Source: an uncultured Planctomycetia bacterium (GTDB lineage: Bacteria; Omnitrophota; Gorgyraeia; Duberdicusellales; 4484-171). Taken from it: a DNA stretch of 55,553 bases. Below the pieces are notes generated by a model. It saw nothing but the letters and a program-made list of their open reading frames with translations. It searched no databases and had not been told where the DNA came from. The stretch spans positions 84,475-140,027 of the forward strand of contig CAYVYJ010000001.1 of NCBI GenBank assembly GCA_964455085.1, in the 5' to 3' direction. Positions 37,949 through 47,931 of this stretch are shown one piece after another (position 1 is the first letter of the stretch; each line of letters opens with the position of its first letter). The position numbers were made by a program, and so were the translations under genes.

Positions 37949-38674
37949 CTATTTTTTATCTGCCTTTCTCTGCTTTCTCTCTTTTGGTTTATGAAGCAAC
38001 TTCCAGGGATGGGCTTTTAAATCCGAGAGAAACTCTTCGGTGGTCTGGTATAAAGAATCATCGTAAATTAACCGGCCAATTGTTCCCTGTTTACTCCTCA
38101 GGTCTTTAACTAACCCTTTTATATCTAAACTTATACTTTCTAGATTAAGCAATGTATTCTCAAAAGAGGTCTTAAGCTTTCCTCCTTTTACAAATTCATC
38201 TATCTCCTTCATGGTTTTAGTAAAGGCAGCAAAAACCTGGAAAAGTGGCACTGGTGAAGTTCCTTCAATAATATCGCCATCGTTGATATAAGCTGTGGGT
38301 TCATCAGTGGGAGTAATCTCTAAGTATTTTTCACCAAATAAACTTAGACTATTAACAAAGAAGTAAGCATTTTTGGGGATTCTTATTCCCCGATGGACTT
38401 TGGCATGAACATAGACTTTAGAGTTACCTTCCTCCTCCCGGATTAAAACCTTTTGCACTTCTCCTACATCTACGCCGCAAAAACGGACCGGTGAAGAAGT
38501 GCGCAGACCTTCAGCAAAATCAAATTTAACAATTACAACATAGCTGCCTTTAAAAATATTGATCTCTCGCAGTGAGAGAAGGGTAATAAAAAACAGAGCA
38601 AAAGCAACCAAGAAAAAAGTACCTAATTTTACATAAGTAAGACTTTTTTTTCTGTCCCATAAATTTATTCCCAT
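37949..38674 (-). CDS. mlaD: MlaD-like MCE-domain protein
   Basis: An N-terminal TM segment and one MCE domain (GSYVVIVKFDFAEGLRTSSPVRFCGVDVGEV). It is last in the mlaE-mlaF-mlaD string. Confidence 0.8.
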   Translation of the reverse strand: MGINLWDRKKSLTYVKLGTFFLVAFALFFITLLSLREINIFKGSYVVIVKFDFAEGLRTSSPVRFCGVDVGEVQKVLIREEEGNSKVYVHAKVHRGIRIPKNAYFFVNSLSLFGEKYLEITPTDEPTAYINDGDIIEGTSPVPLFQVFAAFTKTMKEIDEFVKGGKLKTSFENTLLNLESISLDIKGLVKDLRSKQGTIGRLIYDDSLYQTTEEFLSDLKAHPWKLLHKPKERKQRKADKK

Positions 38675-39427
38675 TTAGACCTCCATTTCTTTTATCGGGC
38701 CGCCGGAACTTCCCTTTAAAAATTGTAATAACCGCTTATCTTTGGATTTTTCTAAATCCTTCTTATCGCCTTCAAAAATAATTTTTCCTCCTAATAAAAA
38801 CGCTAGACGGCCAGCAAGCTTTAAACCTACCTCCAAATCATGAGTTACCACTACCGAAGTAATTGCTAAACGCTGATGAAGGTCCTCAATTAACGATACT
38901 ATCTTATCGACGGCAATCGGGTCGATTCCGGTAGTAGGCTCATCATAGATTATAATTTTAGGTTTATAGATAATTGCCCGGGCTATAGATACCCTCTTCT
39001 TCATGCCCCCGCTTAACTCATAAGGATACATATCCTCTATGCCTTCTAAGCCTACTAGAGCTAAAGTCTTGGTTACTCTTTCGCGTATTTCATATTTGCT
39101 TAACTTAGTATGCTGATAAAAGAAAAACCCGACATTTTCCTCTACAGTTAAGAAGTCAAAAAGAGCACTGCTTTGGAAAACCAGACCGAATTGTAATCTA
39201 ACCTTCTCCAGCTCTTGCTTAGTCAGCTGGGTAATATCTACACCATCAATACCAATAGTACCGGAGTCCGGCCTTAGCAAACCAATAATGTTCTTAAGCA
39301 AGACAGTTTTGCCAGCACCGCTGCGTCCGATTAATAAGTAATTCTCACCATTATTGACCGTAAGGGTAACTCCGTTGAGAACGTGCTTTCCGCCGAATGA
39401 ACGATGAATGTTGCGTATTTTGATCAT
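38675..39427 (-). CDS. mlaF: MlaF-like ABC ATPase
   Basis: Walker A GRSGAGKT, signature LSGGMKKR and Walker B IIYDEPT. I set the start at the ATG at 39427, which forms an ATGA overlap with the mlaE stop. Confidence 0.88.
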   Translation of the reverse strand: MIKIRNIHRSFGGKHVLNGVTLTVNNGENYLLIGRSGAGKTVLLKNIIGLLRPDSGTIGIDGVDITQLTKQELEKVRLQFGLVFQSSALFDFLTVEENVGFFFYQHTKLSKYEIRERVTKTLALVGLEGIEDMYPYELSGGMKKRVSIARAIIYKPKIIIYDEPTTGIDPIAVDKIVSLIEDLHQRLAITSVVVTHDLEVGLKLAGRLAFLLGGKIIFEGDKKDLEKSKDKRLLQFLKGSSGGPIKEMEV

Positions 39428-40188
39428 ACCCAGGTAAAATAAAAAAGTGCCGTTAAAATACAATCAGTAATAATGATCAGCATAAAAGACCTTACTACCG
39501 AATGGGTAACTGACCGGGAAACATCAGTGGAAGAAAAAGGTCGGAATCCTTCATAGCAAGCAACAAAAGCAATTACGCTGCCAAAGCAAACACTCTTTAC
39601 AAAGCCGCTGAGAATATCCTCAAACTTTAAAGCATCAAGAGTCATCCGGAAGTAAAGATTAAAAGAAATAGCAAACTTAGTTGAACCGACTACATATCCG
39701 CCTAAGATACCCAAAAAATCGGCATAAATAATTAAAATTGGCATGCAGATAATCAAAGCAACAAATTTAGGAACCACTAAATAATCTATCGGCTCAACCC
39801 CCAATGCTTCCAAGGCATCTATTTGTTCGCTGATCTTCATCGAACCGATTCCGGCGGTAATCGAGGCTCCGCCTCTGGCGGCTACAATCAAAGCTCCAAT
39901 TACCGGTCCTAACTCTCTTACTAATGAAAGGGCTACTAAAGTAGCAAGTTGAATTTCGGAACTAAATTGCTGCAATTGGTAAGCAGTTTGAAAAGCAATA
40001 ATCATTCCGATGAAAAAGGCAATTAGGGAAACTAGAGGGAAACTGTCAATACCAATAAAAATTATCTCCCGGATTAAAGATTTTATATTTCTTTTTTTAG
40101 TAAATAGCCAGCGGAAAATATTCTTTATAAAGAATCCGATACTGCCGATATAGTGAAATAAATCTATTAATTTTCTAATTGTCTGCAT
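39424..40188 (-). CDS. mlaE: MlaE-like ABC permease
   Basis: MlaE/YrbE family pattern (LVRELGPV..ALIVAARGGASITA.IGSMK..EQIDAL). Confidence 0.88.
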   Translation of the reverse strand: MQTIRKLIDLFHYIGSIGFFIKNIFRWLFTKKRNIKSLIREIIFIGIDSFPLVSLIAFFIGMIIAFQTAYQLQQFSSEIQLATLVALSLVRELGPVIGALIVAARGGASITAGIGSMKISEQIDALEALGVEPIDYLVVPKFVALIICMPILIIYADFLGILGGYVVGSTKFAISFNLYFRMTLDALKFEDILSGFVKSVCFGSVIAFVACYEGFRPFSSTDVSRSVTHSVVRSFMLIIITDCILTALFYFTWV

Positions 40189-41132
40189 TAAAAATCTCTT
40201 CGTTTCTCAATCCGCAAGCTGGTCCCTTCCTCTTCCATCCTTAACCTTAAAAACTTATCATCCTTCCAGTTATAACGTAACTCTGTCTTAGGGCTTGAAT
40301 CTTCTGTTTCTGAGTCGGTATTTACAAAAACATCGAACTTCTCATCCAACTGTTTCTTAAGCCCGATCTTACTATTATCCTCAGAAAATAACTGCCACTG
40401 ATCGATAAAAACTTTCTGGATCTTATATTCTGCTCCCGGCAAAATATCCGAGAAGTCCCGCAAATCTAATACCCCCTTGATCTCTACCACATTGCCGCTC
40501 TTAAGCACCAGCTGGGAATCAGTAATATTTAGCACCGGTGGCCGGCCTAAGAAATCTATGCGCAAGTGGGAAAACTCTTTCCCTTTGTATTTTCCACCAT
40601 CGACTACTAAATAGCCGCTAAGAAGAAAACTGCTGATACCTCCCCAGGCTTTCATCTTCAGGTTTATTTCACCCTCCAAGAATTTTGATTCTTCTATCCA
40701 GCTACCTTGAAGGTCAAGATTAAGCTGATTCTTGGCTAAGTCTACTTCGCCGCTAACCACAAACTGGGGTGAATAAAGGTAAGGAATAAATAAAATCTCC
40801 TCCCTTAAGATTAGTCTGGCTTCAAGCCAAGGAATACCCTTCTCTACCTCACCCTCCAGATGCTCTTTATCCCAAGGGATGAAAGCAATCTTTCTCCCCT
40901 TTATAGCTAATATCAAAGAACTGTCTTTATTCTCACTCTCAGAAGTTACCCTTACAGGATTAACTTTAAAGCCAAACTCCCCGTTGATTTTGTAGCCTCC
41001 GAGATTAAAGTCAATCAGCCTTACTTGGTCTTGGGTTAAATTAACTTCAACTAAATCCTGGCTAAAAACCCCAGTATTAGGATAAATTATCCAAAGAACT
41101 AACAGGAAGATAGCCAAAAGGCATTTTTTCAT
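40188..41132 (-). CDS. Hypothetical exported, beta-rich protein (no family recognised)
   Basis: 314 aa with a hydrophobic N-terminus ([18 protein letters not shown]). Its ATG overlaps the clpC stop (ATGA) and its stop overlaps the mlaE ATG (TAATG), so it is almost certainly translated. I recognise no motif. Confidence 0.7.
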   Translation of the reverse strand: MKKCLLAIFLLVLWIIYPNTGVFSQDLVEVNLTQDQVRLIDFNLGGYKINGEFGFKVNPVRVTSESENKDSSLILAIKGRKIAFIPWDKEHLEGEVEKGIPWLEARLILREEILFIPYLYSPQFVVSGEVDLAKNQLNLDLQGSWIEESKFLEGEINLKMKAWGGISSFLLSGYLVVDGGKYKGKEFSHLRIDFLGRPPVLNITDSQLVLKSGNVVEIKGVLDLRDFSDILPGAEYKIQKVFIDQWQLFSEDNSKIGLKKQLDEKFDVFVNTDSETEDSSPKTELRYNWKDDKFLRLRMEEEGTSLRIEKRRDF

Positions 41133-43576
41133 TCAAATTTTAATATCTCACCTTTACGTATTGCTTTTATCTTTATAGCTTTTCCTTCCTTTTCCCCTTT
41201 AGCTTTCTTAGCAAAAACTCCCTTGATTATATCTTCGGCTAAAGGATCTTCCATAAACCGCTGGATAACTCTTTTTAAGGGTCGAGCTCCAAAAACCGGG
41301 TCAAATCCTTTTTCGATGAAAAATTCTTTAGCCTTAGGCGTCAATTCCACTTCAAAACCCTGTTCAATTAACCTTGTATTCACGTAGGAAATTTCAAGAT
41401 TTACTATTGCCTCTAAATCTTTCTTGGTTAAAGATTTAAATACAATAGCCTCATCTAAGCGGTTGAGGAATTCCGGTTTAAAGGTCTTCTTTACCTCCTC
41501 CATCAATACATCTTTCATCTCCTCGTAACCAATATTGTCACTAATTTCCTTAAAACCCAAAGAACTTTTTTTCCTAATAATGTCCGCTCCCACATTAGAA
41601 GTCATAATCAGAATGGTGTTACGGAAATCGACTCTCCGGCCATAGCTATCAGTAAGCCTTCCCTCTTCAAGAATCTGCAACAGGAGGTTAAAAACATCGG
41701 GATGAGCTTTTTCAATCTCGTCTAATAAAATCACTGAGTAGGGCCGGCGCCTTACCCTTTCGGTTAATTGTCCTCCCTCTTCATAGCCCACATAACCCGG
41801 AGGCGCACCAATTAAACGGGATACATTAAACTTTTCCATATACTCACTCATATCCAATTGAATTAAAGCCTCATCGTTGCCAAACATAAACTCAGCTAAA
41901 GCCCGGGCCAGCAGGGTTTTCCCTACACCGGTAGGGCCTAAAAACATAAACGAACCTATGGGCCTGCGGGGCTCTTTTATCCCGGCTCTGGCCCGTTTGA
42001 CTGAACGGGAAATCGCACTAATTGCTTCCTTCTGGCCCACCACTCGGGCATCCAACTCTTCCTCTATCTTCAGCAATTTTGTCGACTCCCTCTCCTCTAA
42101 TCTATAGATCGGTACACCGGTAATTTGAGATACCAGCTGGGCAATCTCTTCTTCTCCTACCTCGGGAGTAATCTGATCTCTCTGCTTGCTCCACCCCTTT
42201 CTTAATTCCTCTAATTGAGACCGCAAGGTCTTCTCCTCATCGCGCAAGCGGGCAGCTTTCTCAAAGTCCTGCTGTTTGATCAAGGCTTCCTTCTCAGTAA
42301 CAATCTTAGCTATTTTTGCGTCGATTTCCTTAATATTAGTGGGAGCAGTTAAGGCTGAGAGACGCGATTTTGCTCCGGCTTCATCGATTAAGTCAATAGC
42401 CTTATCGGGAAGGTATCTGCCGGAAATATATCGGTCGGCTAGTTTAGCTGCTGCCTCAAGGGACTGATTAGTAAATTTTACCCGATGGTGAGCCTCATAC
42501 TTATCCCTTAAGCCCTCTAAGATCTGGATTGTCTCCCCAACTGTATTGGCCTCGACAAATATCGGCTGGAACCGCCTCTCTAGGGCTGCATCCTTCTCAA
42601 TATTTTTCCGGTATTCATTAAAGGTAGTTGCTCCGATACACTGGATCTCACCTCGGGATAGAGCCGGCTTAAGAATATTCGATGCATCAATAGCTCCTTC
42701 GGCAGCTCCGGCTCCCACTAAAGTATGCAGCTCATCAATAAAGATAATCACGTCTTTAGAGCGTTTTATCTCCTCCATAACTGCTTTTATCCGCTCTTCA
42801 AATTGACCGCGATACTTGGTTCCGGCAATCATCAAAGCCAGATCTAAGACTACTATCCGCTTGTTCCTTAAGACCTCCGGCACATCGCCATTTACAATAT
42901 TCTGGGCTAAGCCTTCAACTATCGCTGTCTTTCCCACGCCAGCTTCCCCTAAAAGAACCGGATTGTTTTTAGTGCGCCGAGATAATATCTGGATAACTCT
43001 TTCTATCTCAGCGGTCCTGCCAATTACCGGATCAAGTTTTTCCTCTTTAGTCAACTTGGTTAAATCCCGGCCAAAAGAATCCAAAGCCGGGGTCTTTGAG
43101 GCAGGCTGACCAGCTCCGCCGCTAGGCTGGGGGTGGGCGGTTCCGCCCAAGAGAGCAGAAATTTCTTTTCTTAATCCCATTAAGTCTACTCCCACCGAAA
43201 GAAGAACCTGGGAAGCAATTCCTTCTTCCTCTTTCAATAAACCTAAGAGTATATGTTCGGTTCCGATGTAGTTATGGCTTAAGCCCCGGGCCTCTTCAGC
43301 CGCAAGTTCTAAAGCCTTCTTAGCCCGGGGAGTAAAAGGTATATCTCCTAAGACCGAGCCGACACTTCCGGTTGATACTAACTTCTCAACCTCAATTCTT
43401 AAACGTTCTAAATCTACCCCTAAATTCTGTAAAACTGCGCAAGCCACCCCTTCACCTTCCCGGACCAAGCCTAAAAGTATATGCTCAGTCCCGATATAAT
43501 CATGGTTAAATCTACGGGCTTCTTCCTTGGCCAAAACTAAAACCTTTCGTGCTCTTTCTGTAAACCGGTTAAACAT
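41129..43576 (-). CDS. clpC: ATP-dependent Clp protease ATP-binding subunit ClpC
   Basis: Two Clp_N repeats, two AAA+ modules (GEAGVGKT and GPTGVGKT) and a UVR-like linker ([11 protein letters not shown]); 815 aa. Confidence 0.95.
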   Translation of the reverse strand: MFNRFTERARKVLVLAKEEARRFNHDYIGTEHILLGLVREGEGVACAVLQNLGVDLERLRIEVEKLVSTGSVGSVLGDIPFTPRAKKALELAAEEARGLSHNYIGTEHILLGLLKEEEGIASQVLLSVGVDLMGLRKEISALLGGTAHPQPSGGAGQPASKTPALDSFGRDLTKLTKEEKLDPVIGRTAEIERVIQILSRRTKNNPVLLGEAGVGKTAIVEGLAQNIVNGDVPEVLRNKRIVVLDLALMIAGTKYRGQFEERIKAVMEEIKRSKDVIIFIDELHTLVGAGAAEGAIDASNILKPALSRGEIQCIGATTFNEYRKNIEKDAALERRFQPIFVEANTVGETIQILEGLRDKYEAHHRVKFTNQSLEAAAKLADRYISGRYLPDKAIDLIDEAGAKSRLSALTAPTNIKEIDAKIAKIVTEKEALIKQQDFEKAARLRDEEKTLRSQLEELRKGWSKQRDQITPEVGEEEIAQLVSQITGVPIYRLEERESTKLLKIEEELDARVVGQKEAISAISRSVKRARAGIKEPRRPIGSFMFLGPTGVGKTLLARALAEFMFGNDEALIQLDMSEYMEKFNVSRLIGAPPGYVGYEEGGQLTERVRRRPYSVILLDEIEKAHPDVFNLLLQILEEGRLTDSYGRRVDFRNTILIMTSNVGADIIRKKSSLGFKEISDNIGYEEMKDVLMEEVKKTFKPEFLNRLDEAIVFKSLTKKDLEAIVNLEISYVNTRLIEQGFEVELTPKAKEFFIEKGFDPVFGARPLKRVIQRFMEDPLAEDIIKGVFAKKAKGEKEGKAIKIKAIRKGEILKFE

Positions 43577-44645
43577 TCCTTCCTCCTAACTTCTTTCTTA
43601 AAATTTCCGCTCTGATATAATCACGCTCTCTTTCCTTTAAAGATTTCAACTCTATCTTCTGCAAGTGTGCTGGCTGAATTATAATAAATAAACTATTTAC
43701 TACCTCTCTTGCATCTCGCCTAGAGGCTAAATCCGTGCTCTTAATTATACCTAAATCTAAGCCTAAACACAAGACAGAAAGGTGGCTTAAGGCTTCCCGG
43801 CTGCTAATCAAACGGCAGTTTCTTAAAATTCCTAAAGCCCGCCAGACATTATCTTCCAGGCTTAGCTTATGTTTCTTCAGGAGCAGGTTACGGGCGCTTA
43901 CTTCTTGAGTCTTAACTTGATTTACCACCCCAATAAGGTTATCAATCAACTCTTCTTCGGATAAGCCTAAACTGACTTGATTGGAAATCTGGAAAAAGTT
44001 ACCTAAGGCTTGAGTTCCTTCTCCAAATAAACCCCGGGTAGTAAAAGATATTCGGGTTAACAGCTCTAATATCTTATTGATCCGCTTAGTGAGGGTAAGA
44101 GCCGGAAGATGTAACATGCAGGATGCCCTGAGAGCTGTACCGACATTAGTCGGGCAAGCAGTTAAATAACCTAAATCCGAAGAAAACGAAAATGAAATCT
44201 TCTTAGCTAAATCATTATCAATATCCTCCAAGATCTGCCAGCATCTTTTTAGGTCAAAACCAGAGAGAATAACCTGGGACCGAAGATGGTCCTCTTCGTT
44301 GATCATAATTGAAATATTCTCATCACCAGATACAATCAAACCTTTCTCCTTGCTGGGATTGATATGCTCCTGGCTAATTAAGTGCCGTTCGAGCAAAAAC
44401 TGGCTGTCTAAGGTACTTAACTCGGCCATGTTCACAAAAGTACTCTTCTTTAACTTTTTTACCTGGAGGTAAACTTCTCTAACCTTATCTAAAACCTCCT
44501 TTTTCTGGGCATTATTTGCCCGGGGAGGAAAGGGAATACCCATAATATTGCGGGCTAGGCGGATTCGGGAAGAAAAAACTATCTCTGCTTCCGGCCCCTT
44601 ACCGTTTAACCAACTGTTTTGATTATTTAGAAAATTCTCAAACAT
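43569..44645 (-). CDS. mcsB: Protein arginine kinase McsB
   Basis: Guanidino-kinase catalytic domain with [10 protein letters not shown] and CPTNVGT. Confidence 0.92.
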   Translation of the reverse strand: MFENFLNNQNSWLNGKGPEAEIVFSSRIRLARNIMGIPFPPRANNAQKKEVLDKVREVYLQVKKLKKSTFVNMAELSTLDSQFLLERHLISQEHINPSKEKGLIVSGDENISIMINEEDHLRSQVILSGFDLKRCWQILEDIDNDLAKKISFSFSSDLGYLTACPTNVGTALRASCMLHLPALTLTKRINKILELLTRISFTTRGLFGEGTQALGNFFQISNQVSLGLSEEELIDNLIGVVNQVKTQEVSARNLLLKKHKLSLEDNVWRALGILRNCRLISSREALSHLSVLCLGLDLGIIKSTDLASRRDAREVVNSLFIIIQPAHLQKIELKSLKERERDYIRAEILRKKLGGRNV

Positions 44646-44654
44646 CTTTTTCCT

Positions 44655-45155
44655 TTATCTTTTATCCTTCTTCCCTGACCTCTCCAGCTCCTTTATCTTA
44701 TCCCTTAATCTGGCTGCCTCTTCATACTCCTCCAACTGGATCGCCCGTTTAAGACGGGTGTAGAGATCTTTTATTTTTAATTGACTTGATACCTTCTTAT
44801 CCAGACGTCTGGGGACTTTTCCAGTATGCTGAGTTGCGCTGTGAACCTTCTTAAGCAGCGGCAGGAGCAATTTACGGAAAGTTGTGTAACAACTACCGCA
44901 GCCTAATCTCCCCTTGGCCTTGAAATCTTCATAACTGAGGCCACAATCAGGACACTTAAGCAATCCTTCATGAGGGAAATCACCAACCATATCAGCAAGA
45001 CTTCCCAGAAAACCTGATATGTTTAAATGTTTATTTAGCTCATTGGCCTTGGTTTGGGCACAAGCCTGACAAATATGCATCTCAACAATCCTTTCATCGA
45101 TAATCTCAGTGAGATGAACCGTAGCACTATTTTTATGACAGACATCGCACAACAT
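44655..45155 (-). CDS. mcsA: McsA-like protein (zinc-finger plus UVR motif), activator of McsB
   Basis: Four CxxC pairs (CDVC, CQAC, CPDC, CGSC) and a C-terminal UVR motif, EEYEEAARLRDKIKELE. Confidence 0.85.
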   Translation of the reverse strand: MLCDVCHKNSATVHLTEIIDERIVEMHICQACAQTKANELNKHLNISGFLGSLADMVGDFPHEGLLKCPDCGLSYEDFKAKGRLGCGSCYTTFRKLLLPLLKKVHSATQHTGKVPRRLDKKVSSQLKIKDLYTRLKRAIQLEEYEEAARLRDKIKELERSGKKDKR

Positions 45156-45170
45156 AACTCTTACTCCCGA

Positions 45171-46046
45171 TTAAAGGCTATATTTAATTCCTATGGTCTT
45201 AGTGGTTTTTTTAAACTCTTTCATTATTGCCTTGGTAATTTTACCCGGCTTACCGTCCCCGATTGCCCGACCATCAACCTTTACTACCGGAGCGATCTCA
45301 GCGGCAGTCCCGGTTAAGAAGCACTCCTCGCTAATAAAAAGTTCATGACGAGTAAGTACATGTTCATGAGCCAATATCTTCTTCTTTTTAGCAATATCTA
45401 ATACTGTATCGCGGGTAATACCTCTTAAAGTCCCCATGCATTGAGGCGGCGTATAGAGTTCGCCCTGTTTCACCACAAAGATATTATCTCCGGTACACTC
45501 AGCAACATACCCCAGATGATCAAGCATTAAAGCCTCCTGACAGCCGGCGTTTATAGCCTCGATTTTTGCCAAGATATTATTCAAGTAGTTTAAGGACTTT
45601 ATCTGAGGGTTTAAAGCCTCGCACAAATTCCTAATCGTAGGAACCGTAACTATCTCCATACCTTTATCGTATAATTTCTTGGGATAAAGAGCGATTTTAT
45701 CAGCAATTATAACTACTGTTTCATGGCCCTGGCACTTTCTGGGATCCAAGCCTAAGTCACCTTCACCCCGGGAAACTATTACCCGAATATAGGCATTCCT
45801 TAAATTGTTAGCCTTTATGGTTTTGATTATAGCCTGAGTTAACTCTTTCTTAGTCAGAGGAACTCTTAACATAATTGAATAAGCCGACTCAAACAGGCGG
45901 TCAATATGTTCTTTTAGTTTAAAAACTAAACAATCATAAGAACGTATTCCTTCAAATACACCATCTCCGTATAAAAACCCATGATCAAACACGGAAATCT
46001 TTGCCTCTTTTTCATCCACTAGTTTCCCATTCAAATAAATCTTCAT
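45171..46046 (-). CDS. ilvE: Branched-chain-amino-acid aminotransferase (class IV)
   Basis: 291 aa with FLYGDGVFEG, ECTGDNIF and LRGITRD motifs. Confidence 0.88.
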   Translation of the reverse strand: MKIYLNGKLVDEKEAKISVFDHGFLYGDGVFEGIRSYDCLVFKLKEHIDRLFESAYSIMLRVPLTKKELTQAIIKTIKANNLRNAYIRVIVSRGEGDLGLDPRKCQGHETVVIIADKIALYPKKLYDKGMEIVTVPTIRNLCEALNPQIKSLNYLNNILAKIEAINAGCQEALMLDHLGYVAECTGDNIFVVKQGELYTPPQCMGTLRGITRDTVLDIAKKKKILAHEHVLTRHELFISEECFLTGTAAEIAPVVKVDGRAIGDGKPGKITKAIMKEFKKTTKTIGIKYSL

Positions 46047-46061
46047 CTCTTACCTCCTACC

Positions 46062-46121
46062 GGTTTAGGATTCGCCTAAACCAAACCTCCCAGTTGCCTC
46101 GGTTTAGGCGAATCCTAAACC
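46062..46121. repeat. Inverted pair of REP-like elements (loops ATTCG / CGAAT) with an 18-nt spacer
   Basis: ggtttaggattcgcctaaacc (46062-46082) and its exact reverse complement ggtttaggcgaatcctaaacc (46101-46121). The second copy contains the lolD stop codon. Confidence 0.85.
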
Positions 46122-46781
46122 GAGCTCACCGTCTCTAATAAATAAACTTCGCTTAGCACACTTGGCCAGCTCTAAATTATGGGTAACTAAGATTATAGTT
46201 TTATTCTTCTCTTTATTTAGCCTATCTAGCAAAGCAACTATTCTGGTTTGAGAATCTTTATCCAGGTTTCCGGTGGGCTCATCACAAAGAATAATCTCAG
46301 GATCATTAGCTAAAGCCCGGGCAAAAGCCACCCTCTGCCTTTGACCTCCTGAGAGCTGCGAAGGAAAAGCCCCCTTCCTATCTCCTATTCCTAAGTATTT
46401 TAACAATTCTTCGATCATTTTTAAAGAGTATTTTTTTTTGTTTAAATTCCGGGTCAAAGTGATATTTTCAAAAACATTTAACTCCTCAATCAGATGATAG
46501 AATTGAAAAACAAACCCGATATGCTTACCCCGCCACAGGGAAAGCTCTTTATCCTTCATCTTATAGATATCTCTTCCTTTAAAAAGCACCTTTCCTCGGC
46601 TGGGATAGTCTAAGCCACCCAAGGTATGGAGCAAGGTAGATTTCCCGGCTCCTGAAGGTCCAACTATGGCCAGGTAATCTCCGGGAAAAAGTGCTAAAGA
46701 AAGACTCTTTAAGGCTTGAATTGACTCAGTGCCGCTATAATAAGTCTTGGTTACTGATTCCAGTTTAAATAATTCACTCAT
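46104..46781 (-). CDS. lolD: LolD-like ABC ATPase (lipoprotein-release / MacB-type family)
   Basis: Walker A GPSGAGKST, LSGGQRQR and CDEPTGNLD. The last five codons and the stop lie inside a REP-like repeat. Confidence 0.78.
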   Translation of the reverse strand: MSELFKLESVTKTYYSGTESIQALKSLSLALFPGDYLAIVGPSGAGKSTLLHTLGGLDYPSRGKVLFKGRDIYKMKDKELSLWRGKHIGFVFQFYHLIEELNVFENITLTRNLNKKKYSLKMIEELLKYLGIGDRKGAFPSQLSGGQRQRVAFARALANDPEIILCDEPTGNLDKDSQTRIVALLDRLNKEKNKTIILVTHNLELAKCAKRSLFIRDGELGLGFA

Positions 46782-47931
46782 AACGCAAAGCCTCAGAAGG
46801 TGATAGTTTAGCCGCCCTGATTGCCGGAATTAAACTAAAAATAAAGGATAAAATAATTCCCACCAAGATAATCAAACTAATATCCCGGTAATTTATAGCC
46901 ATTGGCAGATACTCGATGTAGTAAATTTCCTCCGGTAGCTTTATAACCGGGTACTTCTTTAAGGTAAGACATAAGCCTAAACCCAAAGCTGTCCCGCTTA
47001 AGGTGCCAAGAAAACCTAAGAGCAAGCCCTGTAAACAGAAAATTCTAGCTACTCGTCTGCGGGTAAAACCTAAAGATTTCAGAATCCCGATGTCTTTGGT
47101 CTTCTCGACTACTCCTACAGTTAAAGTAGCAAAAATATTAAATGCTGCTACTAAAATTATTAAGCTTAAGATAATGAACATAGTTATCTTCTCTAATTTT
47201 AAAGCTGAGAAGAAAACCTGGTTTGATTCCATCCAGGTAGATACGAATAACCCCTGCTTAAACTCCTTTAAGATTTTCTGCTTCACTAAATGAGCCTTAA
47301 AAGGATCTTCTACTCTTACCCCCAGGGTGAGAAGGTAATTGGGAGACAGGCTCTTAGCTTTTTCTAAGTCGGTAATAAGGTAATTATTATCAATATCATA
47401 GAGGCCGACTTTGAAAGTTCCCCGAACTGTTTCCTCTTGCAGATTAAGCTTCTTCTCTAGGGGATAAAACTCTATTCTGTCGAGGATAAAATATCTTCGC
47501 TCTAAGCCCTCTCCGATGAAAAAACCCTCTAGCTCTCTCTCCTCAGTCACATATTGATAAAGGTTTTGCCTTTCCCCTTGGTCTTCAAAATCAACTCCCT
47601 TTACTGCTAAGGGAAGGATTAGATTTTCAAACTTGGCAAAAACTTGAGTCTGAAGTGATAGCGAAGCAACCTTTACCTCTTCCCAAGTTTTAAGTTTCTC
47701 TGCGACCTGAGTCAATTGCTGATTATCCAGGCACTCTACAGACAAGTGTTGATTAAACCGCATCAACTTTTCCATTAAATCTCGGTCAAAACCGTTCATT
47801 ACCGAGATAACTACGATTAAAGTAGCGACACCTAAAGCAATGCCTAAACAAGAGACAATCCCAATAAAGGAAATGTGCCTACTCTGTCCGCGGAAAAGAT
47901 AACGCCGTGCCAAAAATAGTTCAGGTATCAT
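46774..47931 (-). CDS. LolC/LolE-like FtsX-family permease
   Basis: 385 aa with TM1, a periplasmic domain and three C-terminal TM segments (FtsX-like). It overlaps the lolD start. Confidence 0.78.
   Translation of the reverse strand: MIPELFLARRYLFRGQSRHISFIGIVSCLGIALGVATLIVVISVMNGFDRDLMEKLMRFNQHLSVECLDNQQLTQVAEKLKTWEEVKVASLSLQTQVFAKFENLILPLAVKGVDFEDQGERQNLYQYVTEERELEGFFIGEGLERRYFILDRIEFYPLEKKLNLQEETVRGTFKVGLYDIDNNYLITDLEKAKSLSPNYLLTLGVRVEDPFKAHLVKQKILKEFKQGLFVSTWMESNQVFFSALKLEKITMFIILSLIILVAAFNIFATLTVGVVEKTKDIGILKSLGFTRRRVARIFCLQGLLLGFLGTLSGTALGLGLCLTLKKYPVIKLPEEIYYIEYLPMAINYRDISLIILVGIILSFIFSLIPAIRAAKLSPSEALRYE

Noticed and set aside
45156-46103. A CtsR operator or ctsR gene upstream of mcsA.
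   Set aside because: Only 15 nt separate ilvE from mcsA. There is no GGTCAAA-N-GGTCAAA direct repeat there or in the ilvE-lolD spacer, which is filled by the REP pair.
46431-46439. A T9 homopolymer (A9 on the gene strand) inside lolD as a possible frameshift or phase-variation site. Similar A8/T8 runs lie near 16161, 36452 and 38645.
   Set aside because: The reading frames are intact across all of them (for example NKKKY in LolD), and lysine-rich AAA runs are expected at this GC content.
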